Below are positions 1 to 10,370 of a DNA stretch of 64,000 nucleotides, one piece after another. A model generated the notes under the pieces. The model searched no databases. It was not told the origin of the DNA and saw only the letters and a list, made by a program, of their open reading frames with translations. A program made the translations under genes and the position numbers. Where the stretch lies: positions 186,001 through 250,000 of the forward strand of contig NW_021832224.1 of the NCBI RefSeq assembly GCF_006345805.1, given 5' to 3'. Within the stretch, counting starts at the first letter, position 1, and the number at the start of each line of letters is the position of its first letter. This DNA is from Octopus sinensis (Eukaryota).

Positions 1-252
1 GGTGTTAGATTTGGGTATTTGAAATGGGGGTGATGTGGTAGAGGAAGGAGATATGCTTACTGGGGATGAACAGTGCGCTTTCTGGGAGTCTAAACTGCAA
101 CAAATCCATAAACTATATAAACGGACTCGCAATGTGAGGAATCGTAATTTTGACAAGACTAAGAAAGTTTTTTTACTATAAATAGTTGATAGAAACGGGA
201 TTCTGAACTAAAGAGAGTTTGATTTTTCTGTTTTTAATTTATTTTAACTCAT
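1..252 (-). CDS. Possible 5' end of an unidentified spliced gene running off the window, divergent from PHB2
   Basis: Short GT..AG segments on the minus strand and a Ser/Pro-rich open frame (LDSQKAHCSSPVSISPSSTTSPP); no recognisable domain. Confidence 0.3.
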
Positions 253-417
253 TTTTAAAAGTTTTTCTGTACTGAGACTTGATTTTTTGGGGTAGTATAT
301 TCTATTATGGATAAATGAGAAAACTTTATTGATAATAGTAAAAATACTTTTTGTTAAATTAATCAAAAAAATTAAACAAAATAATAATTGTTGAACGCGT
401 GGTGTGGTTGTTTCATA

Positions 418-1414
418 ATGTCGTTGCCTAAATTTAATAATTTTAAAAATATAATTGGAGGAGGAGCAGGATTATTGGCACTAGTGGGAGGGTCAGTGTA
501 TGTTGCCAGTCAGTGCTTTTACACAGGCATGATAAAATGATTTTTATTTAATAGTAAATGGAGGACATCGTGCCATTATTTTCAGCAGACTTTCCGGTGT
601 TAGAAAAGAGATATTTCCAGAAGGACTTCATTTCAGAGTACCTTGGTTCCAATGGCCAATACTTTTCGATGTCCGTAGCAGACCATACCGACTAAATACT
701 CTGACCGGCAGCAAAGGTTTCCGGACTTTTAAACATCTCAGATTTACAAATCGTAAATATTACATTGAGAGTGCTTTCCCGACCTGATCAGAGTGCACTG
801 CCCGACGTGTATAGACGACTGGGTCAAGATTATGACGAAAAAGTACTCCCCTCAATCTGTAATGAGGTTATTCATAAAAATGATATAATTTAGGTCCTTA
901 AAAGTATTGTGGCCAAGTTCAATGCCTCGCAGCTCATAACTCAGAGACAGAGTGTAAGTACAATGGTTAGGTCGGCTCTTGCAGCCAGAGCCAGGGAATT
1001 TAATATAATTGTGGATGATGTGTCTATTGTGGAACTGAGTTTTGGAAAAGAATATTCGGCTGCTGTGGAGGCCAAGCAAGTCGCTCAACAGGAGGCACAG
1101 CGGGCACAATTTGTGGTGGAGAAAGCCAAGCAGGAAAAATATCAAAAAATTCTCATGCAAAGGGAGAGGCTGAATCGGCTGTTTTGGTTGTTTGTTTGCT
1201 GAAATTGTAGATTGGGAAATCTATAAGGGAAAATCCCTCATTCATTGATTTGAGAAGGATTTCTACCGCAAGGAACATTGCAAAATCTGTGAGTGTTTTG
1301 TTCAGTATTTTTTAGATTTCGGGGTCAAAAAATCACGTGATTTTGGATGGGCAATCTCTCTTGCTCAATTTGTATGATAATAATGCAACAAAACAGTCAT
1401 CTCAAACCAAATGA
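418..1414 (+). CDS. PHB2: Prohibitin 2, 6 exons; introns 527-554 (GC-AG), 717-741, 867-893, 1187-1210, 1289-1315; apparent 1-nt frameshift near 1155
   Basis: Spliced translation gives [34 protein letters not shown] and [25 protein letters not shown], typical of PHB2. Confidence 0.93.
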
Positions 1415-2186
1415 CCTAATTTGACTAATTTCTCTTTGTTTTTCATGTTCTACATTTTGATAGATTTAGGTTTAATAGTTTGTAAAATTCGAACATAAAA
1501 GTAATTCTAGATCATTTTTCATGCAGAGATTTATAAGGGTTAATTGATAGGGGACTAAAGTACTGTTTAGTGTCTTGTAAAATTTAATAACTAATTCTGT
1601 TCCGAGGTTATTCTTAATAAGATTGGTCTTTAATGTCAGCTATTGTTGGTAGGGTTGTTGGTCATTTAGTTTGTGTCTACTAAAAGGCTTTTTTAATTCA
1701 CTATTTGGACTTTCCCATGTGAGTTTTATTTGGAAATCGTTAATAAGGTAAACATTCACTCGTTTTTATTCTTCAAACGGGACAAATAAAATTCTGGCAC
1801 GTCTTAAGAGGGTTCTTATTATTCCCTGATTTTCCTCACGTGAGTCGGCACAAGTGAGTCTTGGATGTGTAGCCCTGGTCTTCGCGATTACATTATATCT
1901 CTGTCCATGTGAGTGTAAGAGGGCTTCCATGTTCGTGGGAGCTGAGGACTTGCCTCCGATATAACGCTTTTAAGTTTAAAGGCTCTTTTCAGCCTCGCCT
2001 TGATCTTCAGTTTGTTGGTCCAGGAAATTAATTTACCACATATTGTACACGCTTACGAGCAACAAGTTGTATAAACACTCAGTACAGGGTGTTTTCCAAA
2101 CTTCCAAAGGCTGGTGAAACATTTTATAACGTTTGTTGTTTAACATTTTGTTAAGACATTGTCGAGTGAGAAGAAAAGTATATGTA

Positions 2187-2430
2187 CAGTGCCTGACAAA
2201 AAAAATAGGATTCGTAATAAATCGACTTTTTTTAAATAAATTATAATTTAATTTTCTTACATCATTCTTGGCAAAATTAGAATTATTTTTTTAATTTTTA
2301 AAATTATTTTTGGATTTTAGAATTTAATTTTAAAGCAGAATTTGAATTTTGCAGGACAAAAAAAAATTGGATTTTTTTATTTTAATGAAACAAATTAAAA
2401 TTTAATAAATTGATATCCCTCCACGTGAAG
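2187..2430 (-). mobile_element. Tc1-like IR/DR element, right end only
   Basis: TA|CAGTGCCTGACAAAAAAAATAGGATT with an inner direct repeat near 2351-2375; minus strand encodes a Tc1-type C-terminus SRGGISIY*. Confidence 0.6.
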
Positions 2431-2469
2431 AGAAGAGTTATTAGAAAAGGTTTTATTTAAAATCGAGAC

Positions 2470-2960
2470 ACCGAAAGCCTCCTCCTTGCTTTCCTTTTCA
2501 CTTCTCATGCCCTTGCAATGAGCAGAGGACTTGCCGAATGTTTTGAGTTTGTTCGTCTAGCTCTCTGGGGAGATCCTGATCAAGCCGTAGCTTATACGCC
2601 AGTTTAATCGCAAAGCGCCTTGTTTTCTCCAGTTTGGTGATTATGCGATTTCTCTCGTCTGTAGGGTACCAACCTAGATAAGGACTGGTTCTACAGTCGC
2701 CTTATAGATGAAGATAAAGGTGTCTGGGGAGAGATGGAAGCGTATAAGGCTTCTCAGGATCCCGGAACATTTCCTTCTTCTAGATTCCACGAACTTAAGG
2801 AACGATCCGTCACCCCCGATCGTTACCCCAAGGTAGCGTAGGTCGTCAGAAATTCTTAGTCCCATTGTCTCCAGAAGTGGTTCTCATCCTTTCTGAGTTT
2901 TAGAAATCCACGTGATGGTGGACTTGTCTCGTGCTAAAGAGAGGGCTTTCCCGTTGCCCA
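2470..2960 (-). mobile_element. Degenerate LINE reverse-transcriptase fragment (L2/CR1-like thumb region)
   Basis: LRYLGVTIG...FIFIYKATVEPVL motifs; frameshifted; GC-rich relative to flanks. Confidence 0.65.
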
Positions 2961-3335
2961 AGACTCACCTCGCTACTAATATCCCTCAGCCTTTTCCAAG
3001 AGAGGTCATTGGATCGCGAAAATCTTTTATTCTTGTTTCAAACCAAATAATAATAATATAATAAAAATTACTTAGTTAATGAGTTTCTTTTTAGTATTAA
3101 TTGTCTATGTAGTTCTTTTTTTAATTACTATTGATGTGATAGTTCATCTCCTTTTAATCGTAGAGCGACTATCAAATAAGAATTTACCGTGATCTGTAAA
3201 AATAAATTTTGTCTTGAAAAATGGCTTAAATAGCTTTAGATTTAAAGATAGTTTTTTACATCATTTAACCCTGTTGATAATTTTAAATATTAAACGTATT
3301 ATTTTTTGAAAACTCAATAGTTTTTAGTTAGTTAG

Positions 3336-4086
3336 TTATGTTACCCCGGCTTCACTAACACGTAGGAAGCCGGCTGCAATCAGGTAGCGAGACGCGAAGA
3401 TCGGGCGCTCCCAGAGATCCCGAATCCCAATAGGCGGAGACAAGTGAAGCGGTCCAGGACAGGGGAAGAGGTCTTCAGGGGTGAAGGAACGGTATGTTTC
3501 GAAAATGAGTGGATGATGTCCCGAGCGAATCTGAGCAAGCTGGACACGGAGATATCTGCCGAGTGATTGCTCTGAGGAGTGGACCGGCGGGGGGGAGAGT
3601 TGATAAGTTTGTTGTTTTTGCATCCTGATAGCACGAGAGGAGATGTAGTCATGGATTAGTTTATTCGCAGTTTTCCATTGTTGGTTGAGAGTATTTTTGA
3701 TAGACATCTACATTGATCGGCCAGAGTAGAAATGATGTGTCTTTTGTTTTCTGGAATAGAGATTTTGTGACTTGGATGAGAAAAGTCTAGTATTTCCTGT
3801 ATGAATTGGAGTCCTCTCATCGTCAAATGGTCTTCGACCGGAAAGATACAAGATTCCCAATGAAGATGATCGATGGGAGTGAACACGTTTCGACGATGTG
3901 GGTCACCTTCACGTGGTGTTGTTTGGATGCTGTGATTACAGTAACTAAAAGACCCTCAACAATCTCCCCATCTGATCGTTGTCGCGATCTTTTGGCTGCA
4001 ATTGAGCGAGCACAAATAGTTTTTAGTGCAATTTTTTTAATATTTGAAAACAAAGTCTCTATCTGTAAGTTGTACAGTGATTAGAT
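3336..4086 (-). mobile_element. LINE (I/Jockey-group-like) 3' ORF2 fragment, interrupted by a hAT insertion
   Basis: HLHWESCIFPVEDHL, EQSLGRYLRVQLAQIRSG, DLFPCP and DLWERP motifs of non-LTR ORF2 C-termini. Confidence 0.7.
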
Positions 4087-4604
4087 CAGGGGTTCTCAAC
4101 CTTTTTAGCTCATGGGCCAAATCGATAATTAAGAATATCTTTGCGGGCCGCACAAAAAATATTTTATGTTATTAATGAAAAGTAGTTTAACAAATTCGTT
4201 TGTAGTTTGCGATTTGATTTCAGAGATTGAAATTTTATTTTTCTTGATTCACCTTGAAGTGAATCATATTCAGAAGAATGTTTCGAATAATGCCTTTCGA
4301 CATTATATGTCTTAAGACATCGTATGACAGAATGACAAATTAGGCAATGTGCGTTACTATTTTCTTCAAAAACGAAAAAATTTTCCTCCCATTCGGGGTT
4401 AAATGCACGATTTTCATGAATAATTTTTCTACTTCGTTTAACACGTTTATCACACATCACAAACAATATTATTTAAACATTAATGTACAAAATATTTAAT
4501 ATAAAAACAAAAAATATTTAATATATTTTTATAATTTTAATCGGGCCGCACCAAAATTGTGGCGGGCCGGATGCGGCCCGATGGGCCGCGGTTGAGAACC
4601 GCTG
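4087..4604 (-). mobile_element. Internally deleted hAT (Buster/SPIN-like) element, 518 bp
   Basis: TIRs CAGGGGTTCTCAACC / GGTTGAGAACCGCTG; 8-bp TSD GATTAGAT / AATTAGAT (nnnTAnnn); GGGCCG subterminal motifs; ORF 4164-4466 is a SPIN/GTF2IRD2-type Zn finger (FNPEWEENFF..CLIC..ERHYSKH). Confidence 0.88.
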
Positions 4605-5119
4605 AATTAGATAATCTTTCCGAGTGTGCTTATTCCTTATTTACAGTTTAAAAATTCGTTGATTGTTGTCATATCGGTTTATCGGATTTAGACCGCAAAT
4701 TTGCTGCTCTTTTTGGGGAGATTAATATTCTTGTCTCCGATTTAAAGTCCTAGAACGTTGTTCAAAAGTAGCCAAGATACGCCCTGAGTTCATTGCTTTG
4801 CAAATAAAGGTTTTTTTGCTTACAGGTCTTATATATACTTTTTAAGTCCACCAATAGATTCCTAATAAAACAAGATGGTTCTAAAATGATTAATTGTTCT
4901 ATGTAGATTGACTGCATTTAGTTTTGGTATAGTTTTCCAATCTGATTTTGCGATTTCCTCTTTAATATTTTCAGTATCCGTTTTGAATAGATCTCTCTAT
5001 AAATAATATTTTTAAATGCATTTTAACTAGCTTTTTCAAACTACATAGGTGTTTGTATCAATTTTTGTAAATTTATACCAACGGGCAATATTTTATTTCA
5101 ATAAAAATATTTCTGACTA

Positions 5120-5902
5120 CAGTCAACCCTCGTTAATTCGAACTTTAATAATCCGAATTTTTTTAATTGAAATTATAAATTTTCTAACTTTTTCCTGGCA
5201 AATTTGATTTTATTCTCCGAAAATTCAATAATCCGCAATCCGAACACTAGGATTAATATAATTTTTGATTAATTTTGTTTATTATTATCAAAAAAATAAT
5301 TTTGTTGATTAATCTTTTAATTAATTTTTTTCAAATTTAATTAACAGCACTCTTTTCGTAATTCTATGGATAGTAAAATGACGTCAAAATTCATTTAAAA
5401 GAACAGATTTGTAAAATTAAGGATTCGAAGAAAATGTCGCTGAATGAATTGTCTCAAATTATTAGAAGATAATTAAACCTGGACGTAGGAAATTCTACTT
5501 TATCTGAAATTTTGAAAAATAAAGAACAATGGAAAAATAGTGGATTTCTTGAATGGATGCGATTAATGGTTACCTGACTGATGAAATTATTATTACTAAA
5601 GCAAGGGAATTTGGAAAAAAGCTAAATATTGAAGACCTGCAATTTAGCAAAAGATGGCTCTATAGATTCAAAAATCGGCTCAATTTGAAATTGAAAGTTC
5701 TTCACTGAGAAGTAGGTTCAATGAATAAAACACTATACAAAGAACTTTATTCGATTTTTTCAAAAAATAATTGTGTTTATAAACAGATTAATAATTTAAT
5801 CACTAATTTGATCATTTGTTCAACAATTATATAAATTTCAGATTCCTCCATAATCCGAAGGGAAAGTCAATTTGAATTTTTCGGATTAACGAGGGTTGAC
5901 TG
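5120..5902 (+). mobile_element. Non-autonomous pogo/Tigger element
   Basis: TA-flanked TIRs CAGTCAACCCTCGTTAAT / ATTAACGAGGGTTGACTG; degenerate CENP-B HTH (IITKAREFGKKLNIEDLQFSKRWLYRFKNR). Confidence 0.85.
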
Positions 5903-6074
5903 TAGTTCATTTTTGTTCCCCCTTTATAAAATTACAAACTCCCACAAATACTCAACGTTTAATTTTATTGTTGTGGTTATATTTTTACGTAAATAATTAA
6001 TAAACTCCAATGCGTATTCAGAGAAAAAATCGGAACTTATTTTTAACTGTTAAATATATACTCAAAACATAATA

Positions 6075-7492
6075 CAGTATAACCTCCATTTGGGGCAGAC
6101 CTCTGGCTTGGGGAACCTCTATTTTTGGGGAAACCTCTATTTTTGGGGTAGTTTGAAAAGGATATAATTTTTATGCGGTAATTTCCAAATTTAGAAATTA
6201 CCGGAACCTCTAAGTGGGGCACAGGATTTTTAATTTATATACATATTTGCTATTAAAATTAAAATTAATTATATAAAATTTCATTTGGAAGCCTCGTGTA
6301 ATTTTTGTATTCTTGTTGTTATGGCTCGTAAGTTTAGTCTTGAGTTAAAGATCAAAATTGCCAAGGAATTAAGTGAAAATAAACATCTTACTGAACGAGA
6401 TATTGTAGATAAGTACAAAATTAGTAAAGGTTTTTTATTAATGTAAGTTTTTAGGCGCTGTGTCACGTATTAAAAAAAATTATCTCAATTTTTTTAATAC
6501 TGGGGCTGTTCAAACAGATTTTCCCAGAAATATTCAACGCTCTCCTCATACTTTATCCCAAAAATTGGATAAAATTGTTTTTGAGGCTTTCACCAAGACA
6601 AGGGAAGAATTTATTCCTGTGTCCGGTCCTCTTTTAAAAAATATTGCTTCCAAAGTAGCAAGGATGTTGAATTATTCGGCGTTCAAAGGGTCCAATGGCT
6701 GGTTGGAAAAATTTAAGAAAAGACATATGTTGTCATTTAGACAACCTCATTAATTCAACCGTTAGACATGGGTATTATTAAATCTTTCAAGTCCAATTAT
6801 CTTAACGCTTTATTGGATTTTACTCTTTATTTTGAGGACGTTGAGTTACAAATTGTTAATTTAAAAAAAATAAATCTTCGTCATGTCATAATAATTGTTG
6901 GAAAAACATGGCAAAATTTAAATCCTGAAACAATAACGAATTGTTGGGAAACAATTAATAACTATCGGCAACAGATTCCTAGTTCAAATTTTTTAGTTAA
7001 CAGTGAGAAAGAAAATTTGGACACGATAATTGCAGACGTAATTGCTGAAAATGAAGAAGAAAATAATGATGAGTCAATATATGACCAAACTGAATGCAAC
7101 TGTTCACACTTGGACACGATAACAGCAATGAATAACCTTGAAGAGAATATTCACCGTTTGTTTCCCGATGCGTTAAAAGACTATTACAATTTCAGAAAAA
7201 TATTGGGCATACATATGAAGAAATCTGCAACAGGAAACAAAATAACAGATTATTTTCGTATAATAGAATAAAAATTTTTTTCTACTTGAAAAATACTCTA
7301 ATTATCAATAAAATTAGTGGAAAACATGTTTAAATGTTCTTAAAAATACTTTATTTATAAATTAATGAAAAATATGCTAAAACTATTAAAATTTTTATAA
7401 AAATAAAGAAAATTTCAGACCTCCATTTTTGGGGAAACCTCTATTTTTGGGGCAATTTTTCAAAATTGATGCCCCAAATGGAGGTTATACTG
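6075..7492 (+). mobile_element. pogo/Tigger element with intron-containing, internally deleted transposase (ATG 6321, intron 6430-6454, deletion near 6740, stop 7271)
   Basis: Perfect 23-bp TIRs CAGTATAACCTCCATTTGGGGCA, TA on both sides, ACCTCTATTTTTGGGG subterminal repeats; FKGSNGWLEKFKKRH and IQPLDMGIIKSFK motifs. Confidence 0.92.
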
Positions 7493-7989
7493 TACTGTCA
7501 ATAGAAACGAGACTGTCATACGCTTAAACCCCCAAAGCATATCCGGGAATCCAGCTATTTGTCTAAAGCATTCCAATTAAAGCTACAGACATGTAAATAA
7601 TATTTTCATATTCTTTGAGGCGTAGATTCATAATTAGATACTTTGCTAAAATGTGACAATTTGGGGAAAAATGAGATTCCGAACTATTCTTTACTTCGCT
7701 CAAAAAATTGCACATTGCTTTACATTCATTGAATTTAATATCAAAACAATAATAATAACCAAGTTACGTACAATAAATGTTTTATCACCTCAAAAGCCCC
7801 AGTTTTACGCTTTGCCTTAGGAATTTAAGAATTTTTGATAATGATCTTACAATCAAAATCTCAATGTTTTATTTTTTCATGTGTCGAATGTTTCAGAGAA
7901 ATTTATAGATGCTTAAACCAACCTGACTAGATGATATTTTTAAAAGCAAAAAATACAATAGCGAGCATAATCTCTGATAATTATTTTAT

Positions 7990-8680
7990 CTGCAGTGAAT
8001 TGGTGATTCTTTGCCAGGACCCGGTACTTCTTCTGTTTTGTTAGTTCCGCCTGCTTTGCAACTGAGCCCGGTTCCGCAGCGGAGGCAATTAGATTCTTGG
8101 CGGAGAAAGTGTCGGAACAGGTGGCGTCCCAGATAAGGCATTTCCCCTTTTCAAACGGGAAGATTGACATGCCATCCGGGCGCTTACCGTCGCCTCTGTC
8201 GAGCCCGACTGGTTCGAGCTCATTAGGAAACCCCGCCGTCGTTAGGGCACGGCTCACAGTGTCGTTGATGGCGGCGTGTCGTGGGAAACGTCCGGCACTA
8301 CGTGAGCAGGAGAGGGGATGATGGCCAAATGAGTCCACTCTTAAACCGCAGCGGCACTGGTGTGTTCTGCAAATGGGAATTCCGAGGCGGAGAGAGACGG
8401 AAATCCTTACACAGTCGTTGTCCATTAAGGTGCCGATTCAAAGAATCACCAATTCACTGCAGTCGCGGTGGAAACCTCTGGAGTCATCGGCCCGCAGACG
8501 CTATCGTTTCTCCGCCGCCTTGGATCTAAGCTCGTGGTTGCCACGAAAGATCCCAACGAGTCGATCAGACTCTTTCAAAGGATCTCATTGGCCATCATGC
8601 GCGGGAATTGCCAGTCGATCCGCTGCGCATTTTAACTCTTTTCGTTTATTAACAATAATTATATTTTTTGTAAAAAAAAA
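7990..8680 (+). mobile_element. 5'-truncated, 5'-inverted RLE-type (CRE-like) non-LTR retrotransposon copy
   Basis: Inverted part encodes CCHC knuckle, GKRPDG and WDATC; direct part encodes AVETSG..LFQRISLAIMRGN*; A9 tail; TSD AATTATTTTATCT at 7979-7991 and 8679-8691. Confidence 0.88.
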
Positions 8681-9219
8681 TTATTTTATCTTCTGATCAT
8701 TTCGAAATCGGTATTAGAAACTAGTATAACTCAAAAAGAAATATAAGTTTAAAAAGTATCAAATAAAATAGATCCCAGGTAAATTTTTTTGTTTACTATA
8801 CGTTTTATCGATGGACATGCTAACCTTGTTTTCAAAATTCATAACCTTCTCGACTGACTTGTCACTACTTATATCGACATTCAAAGGCGACTAAGATTTT
8901 ATTTCATGGGATTTAAATATCGGAATTCTACGTCAATATTGACACGTTCTTTTATCAGGCTCATTTCAATGTAGAAAAATAACATTTTCTAATTTAGAAG
9001 CTAAAAAGAAATATGATGTATAGGAGAGAAATCTGTTTTTTAATAGAAGTAGGTATCCATTGAAAAAATGTTAACAATTCGGTAGATTACATAGCTACAC
9101 GATGTAGTAGAATTCCGAACAGTGATTATATGAAGAAACTAATCAAGTCGAGAGGTATATCCACATGTACCCTCGTCAAAAATTTTAAATCATGCAGATA
9201 CGAATATAATAACTGATAC

Positions 9220-9980
9220 CAAAGTGAAATGAGACAAACCTGAATCTTTATTTATATAAGACAAAAATAAAAAGTTCCTTTCTTTTTAAAACTTAGGTGT
9301 TTGTTCAATAATCATTTAATTCAATATTTTACGTTTTGTTTAATTTTCTATAAACGAGAAATCTTATCGCTTTTTACTGCCAAAGTACGTTGTTGAGATA
9401 AATTAATTTGTTTTCGATTTTTATCTCACCCTCTTTTTTTCTGAACTATAAACAGTCGAAAATACAAACATTGAGCTCAATAAATTTTCATGATTATAAT
9501 TTTAGTTGGCATTCTGGATCAATAAAATGTGATAGTAAATTGAATTTCAAAGGTTATTTGTCGCAATGAAAACTTCATTATTTAGAAATTTTCGCAATTC
9601 CTTCAATATTATCAATGGATTATTCTCAATTTTTTCAATTATCAAATTCATATCATTATCCGTAAGTTTAATCGTAGCATCCCTTCTACCTTTACATAGC
9701 TGTTGTCCTCTTGACACCAAGATTTTGAACAAGCTGTATATAATCGCCACCCTCTTCATCCTTATTTATAAGTGATCTTCTTGTAGCTTCTGATACTCTT
9801 GAATTTTTTCTTAACATCAAATTCATATAAGAACGTTAAATCAAAAAATATAAAATAAATGACAAATCGTTAATTCAAAATTAACATAAAAATGTCAAAA
9901 TTGATTAAAAAAAGTGTCAAAATTGAATATTGCTTCGTCAAAATTGATATAAAAATGTCAGAATTGAACGGAGAATGGTA
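9220..9980 (-). mobile_element. IS630/Tc1-superfamily transposon remnant
   Basis: HTH-like KLTDNDMNLIIEKIENNPLIILKELRKFL; four GTCA(A/G)AATTGA terminal repeats at 9895-9968 followed by a TA-flanked end. Confidence 0.5.
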
Positions 9981-10370
9981 TAGGTCGATCAAAACTTGGA
10001 GTTATAAAAACATAGTTAGAGACGTATATCGGGGAAAGACTAAAAAATACCCCACTTTCCTGCTCAAATTTAGCTTCCCCCAGACCCTCACAAAAATCGC
10101 CATTCTTACGTCCATGTCGAGATGCTCAAAATAAAATGCAGACACGTCCCAGGAGATAACTTGGAATTGTCATCTCCCACATTCACGTCTAAATTGCTTT
10201 CCCTGTGAATTTTCTGTATTCTTTACTCAACCCATACCTTAATTAGAACAAATTGAAAGAGAACTGACATCCTATTTTAAATCATCTAATAATTAGATTC
10301 TAATTCATTAATTGATCAACAAAATAGAAATCATAAAACTGTCACAAGTTAGCACCCAAATAAAAACAAA

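Noticed and set aside
852-1160. 102-aa minus-strand ORF, and similar antisense ORFs over CS, VPS18, CSTF2 and ADCY9
   Set aside because: Shadows of conserved genes on the opposite strand
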